From assembly GCA_965205425.1 (NCBI GenBank), contig CBDBGZ010000004.1:192001-256000 (forward strand): DNA of 64,000 bases, in the 5' to 3' direction. The position numbers were made by a program, and so were the translations under genes. This stretch comes from Nitrosopumilus sp. GTDB taxonomy: Archaea > Thermoproteota > Nitrososphaeria > Nitrososphaerales > Nitrosopumilaceae. The stretch's first letter is position 1; every line of letters begins with the position of its first letter. This document shows, in pieces, positions 63,327-64,000 of the stretch. Under the pieces are notes generated by a model. That model saw only the letters and a program-made list of their open reading frames with translations. It ran no database searches and was not told the DNA's origin.

Positions 63327-64000
63327 TTTTTCACCGATTTTAATGCAGAATGATATGCATCAAGTGTTTTGTTGAGATCAGTTTCTGTATGGGCATCAGA
63401 TAGGAAAACAACTTCAAATTGAGAAGGAGTAATAAAGATACCTTTTTTCAATAAAGTTTGGAATAATTTTTGAAACTTCTTTGCATTTGCATTCTTTGAG
63501 GTTTGATAGTCCACTACAGGCTTGTTTGTGAAGAAAATCTGGAACATTGAGGCTGTAAAATTGATTTGATGGGGGATTTTCATGTCAGTTGCCATATCAT
63601 CTAGAGCAGTTGAGAATAATATATTGAATCGTTCTAGTTTGGAGTACAGTTTATTCTTAATTTTGTTAATTGTTTTAATGGAACTAATTGCAGCACTTAC
63701 AGAAATTGGATTTCCTGCAAAAGTACTTGCCTGGTAAACTTTGCCGCCTGGAGAAAGCAAATCCATGATTTCTTTTTTTCCACCTACTGCAGAAATTGTA
63801 AATCCATTACTGAGTGCTTTAGCCATTGTAGTAATATCAGGTTTAATTCCAAAATACTCTTGAGCTCCACCAGGTGCAACTCTAAAACCAGTAACTACCT
63901 CATCAAAGATTAATGGGATGTTATTTTCTTTAGTTATTTTTCGTAAATCAGAAAGAAAGTTCTTTTCAGGTAAAATCAATCCCATGTTTGCAAGTATAGG
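63323..64000 (-). CDS. hemL: Glutamate-1-semialdehyde aminomutase (5' part outside window)
   Basis: FDEVVTGFR, YQASTFAGNP, PSQFE. Confidence 0.95.
   Translation of the reverse strand, partial: PILANMGLILPEKNFLSDLRKITKENNIPLIFDEVVTGFRVAPGGAQEYFGIKPDITTMAKALSNGFTISAVGGKKEIMDLLSPGGKVYQASTFAGNPISVSAAISSIKTINKIKNKLYSKLERFNILFSTALDDMATDMKIPHQINFTASMFQIFFTNKPVVDYQTSKNANAKKFQKLFQTLLKKGIFITPSQFEVVFLSDAHTETDLNKTLDAYHSALKSVKN

Overview
AT-rich thaumarchaeal (Nitrosopumilus-like, ammonia-oxidising archaeon) chromosome. The core backbone is intact: pus10-srp54-dph6-eIF5A, tRNA-Tyr, csp, eIF1A, adh, scpAB, rps8e-srp19-gar1-tfb, sufC, haem/sirohaem genes (ahbAB, sirC, hemA, hemB, hemL, hemC, cobA, hemD), tRNA-Leu, ssb, pgk and sufB-sufD-Rieske-sufS-sufU. 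About 18 kb (~29% by my sum of element coordinates) is insertion sequence from at least six families (IS481, IS630, IS5/IS903-like, IS66, IS1595, ISH3, plus an IS982/IS5-like type) and two MITEs, often nested in each other. There are two accessory islands. (i) ~1-9.95 kb: a tyrosine-integrase element with RHH, a frameshifted ParB-methyltransferase fusion, an HNH/HTH protein, an origin-like repeat region and a secreted S1 protease. (ii) ~13.75-22.95 kb: a decayed integrase element with a serpin and a dead RelE/ParE-like TA pair. IS load, pseudogenes and the serpin suggest a host-associated lineage (inference). The most notable unannotated signals are a GC-rich IS903-like element that inserted twice into the same 9-bp target and has a hairpin-rich 3' non-coding tail containing an 11-nt match to that target, a C/D box sRNA behind eIF5A, and a shared palindromic operator in front of the separated sufC and sufB genes.
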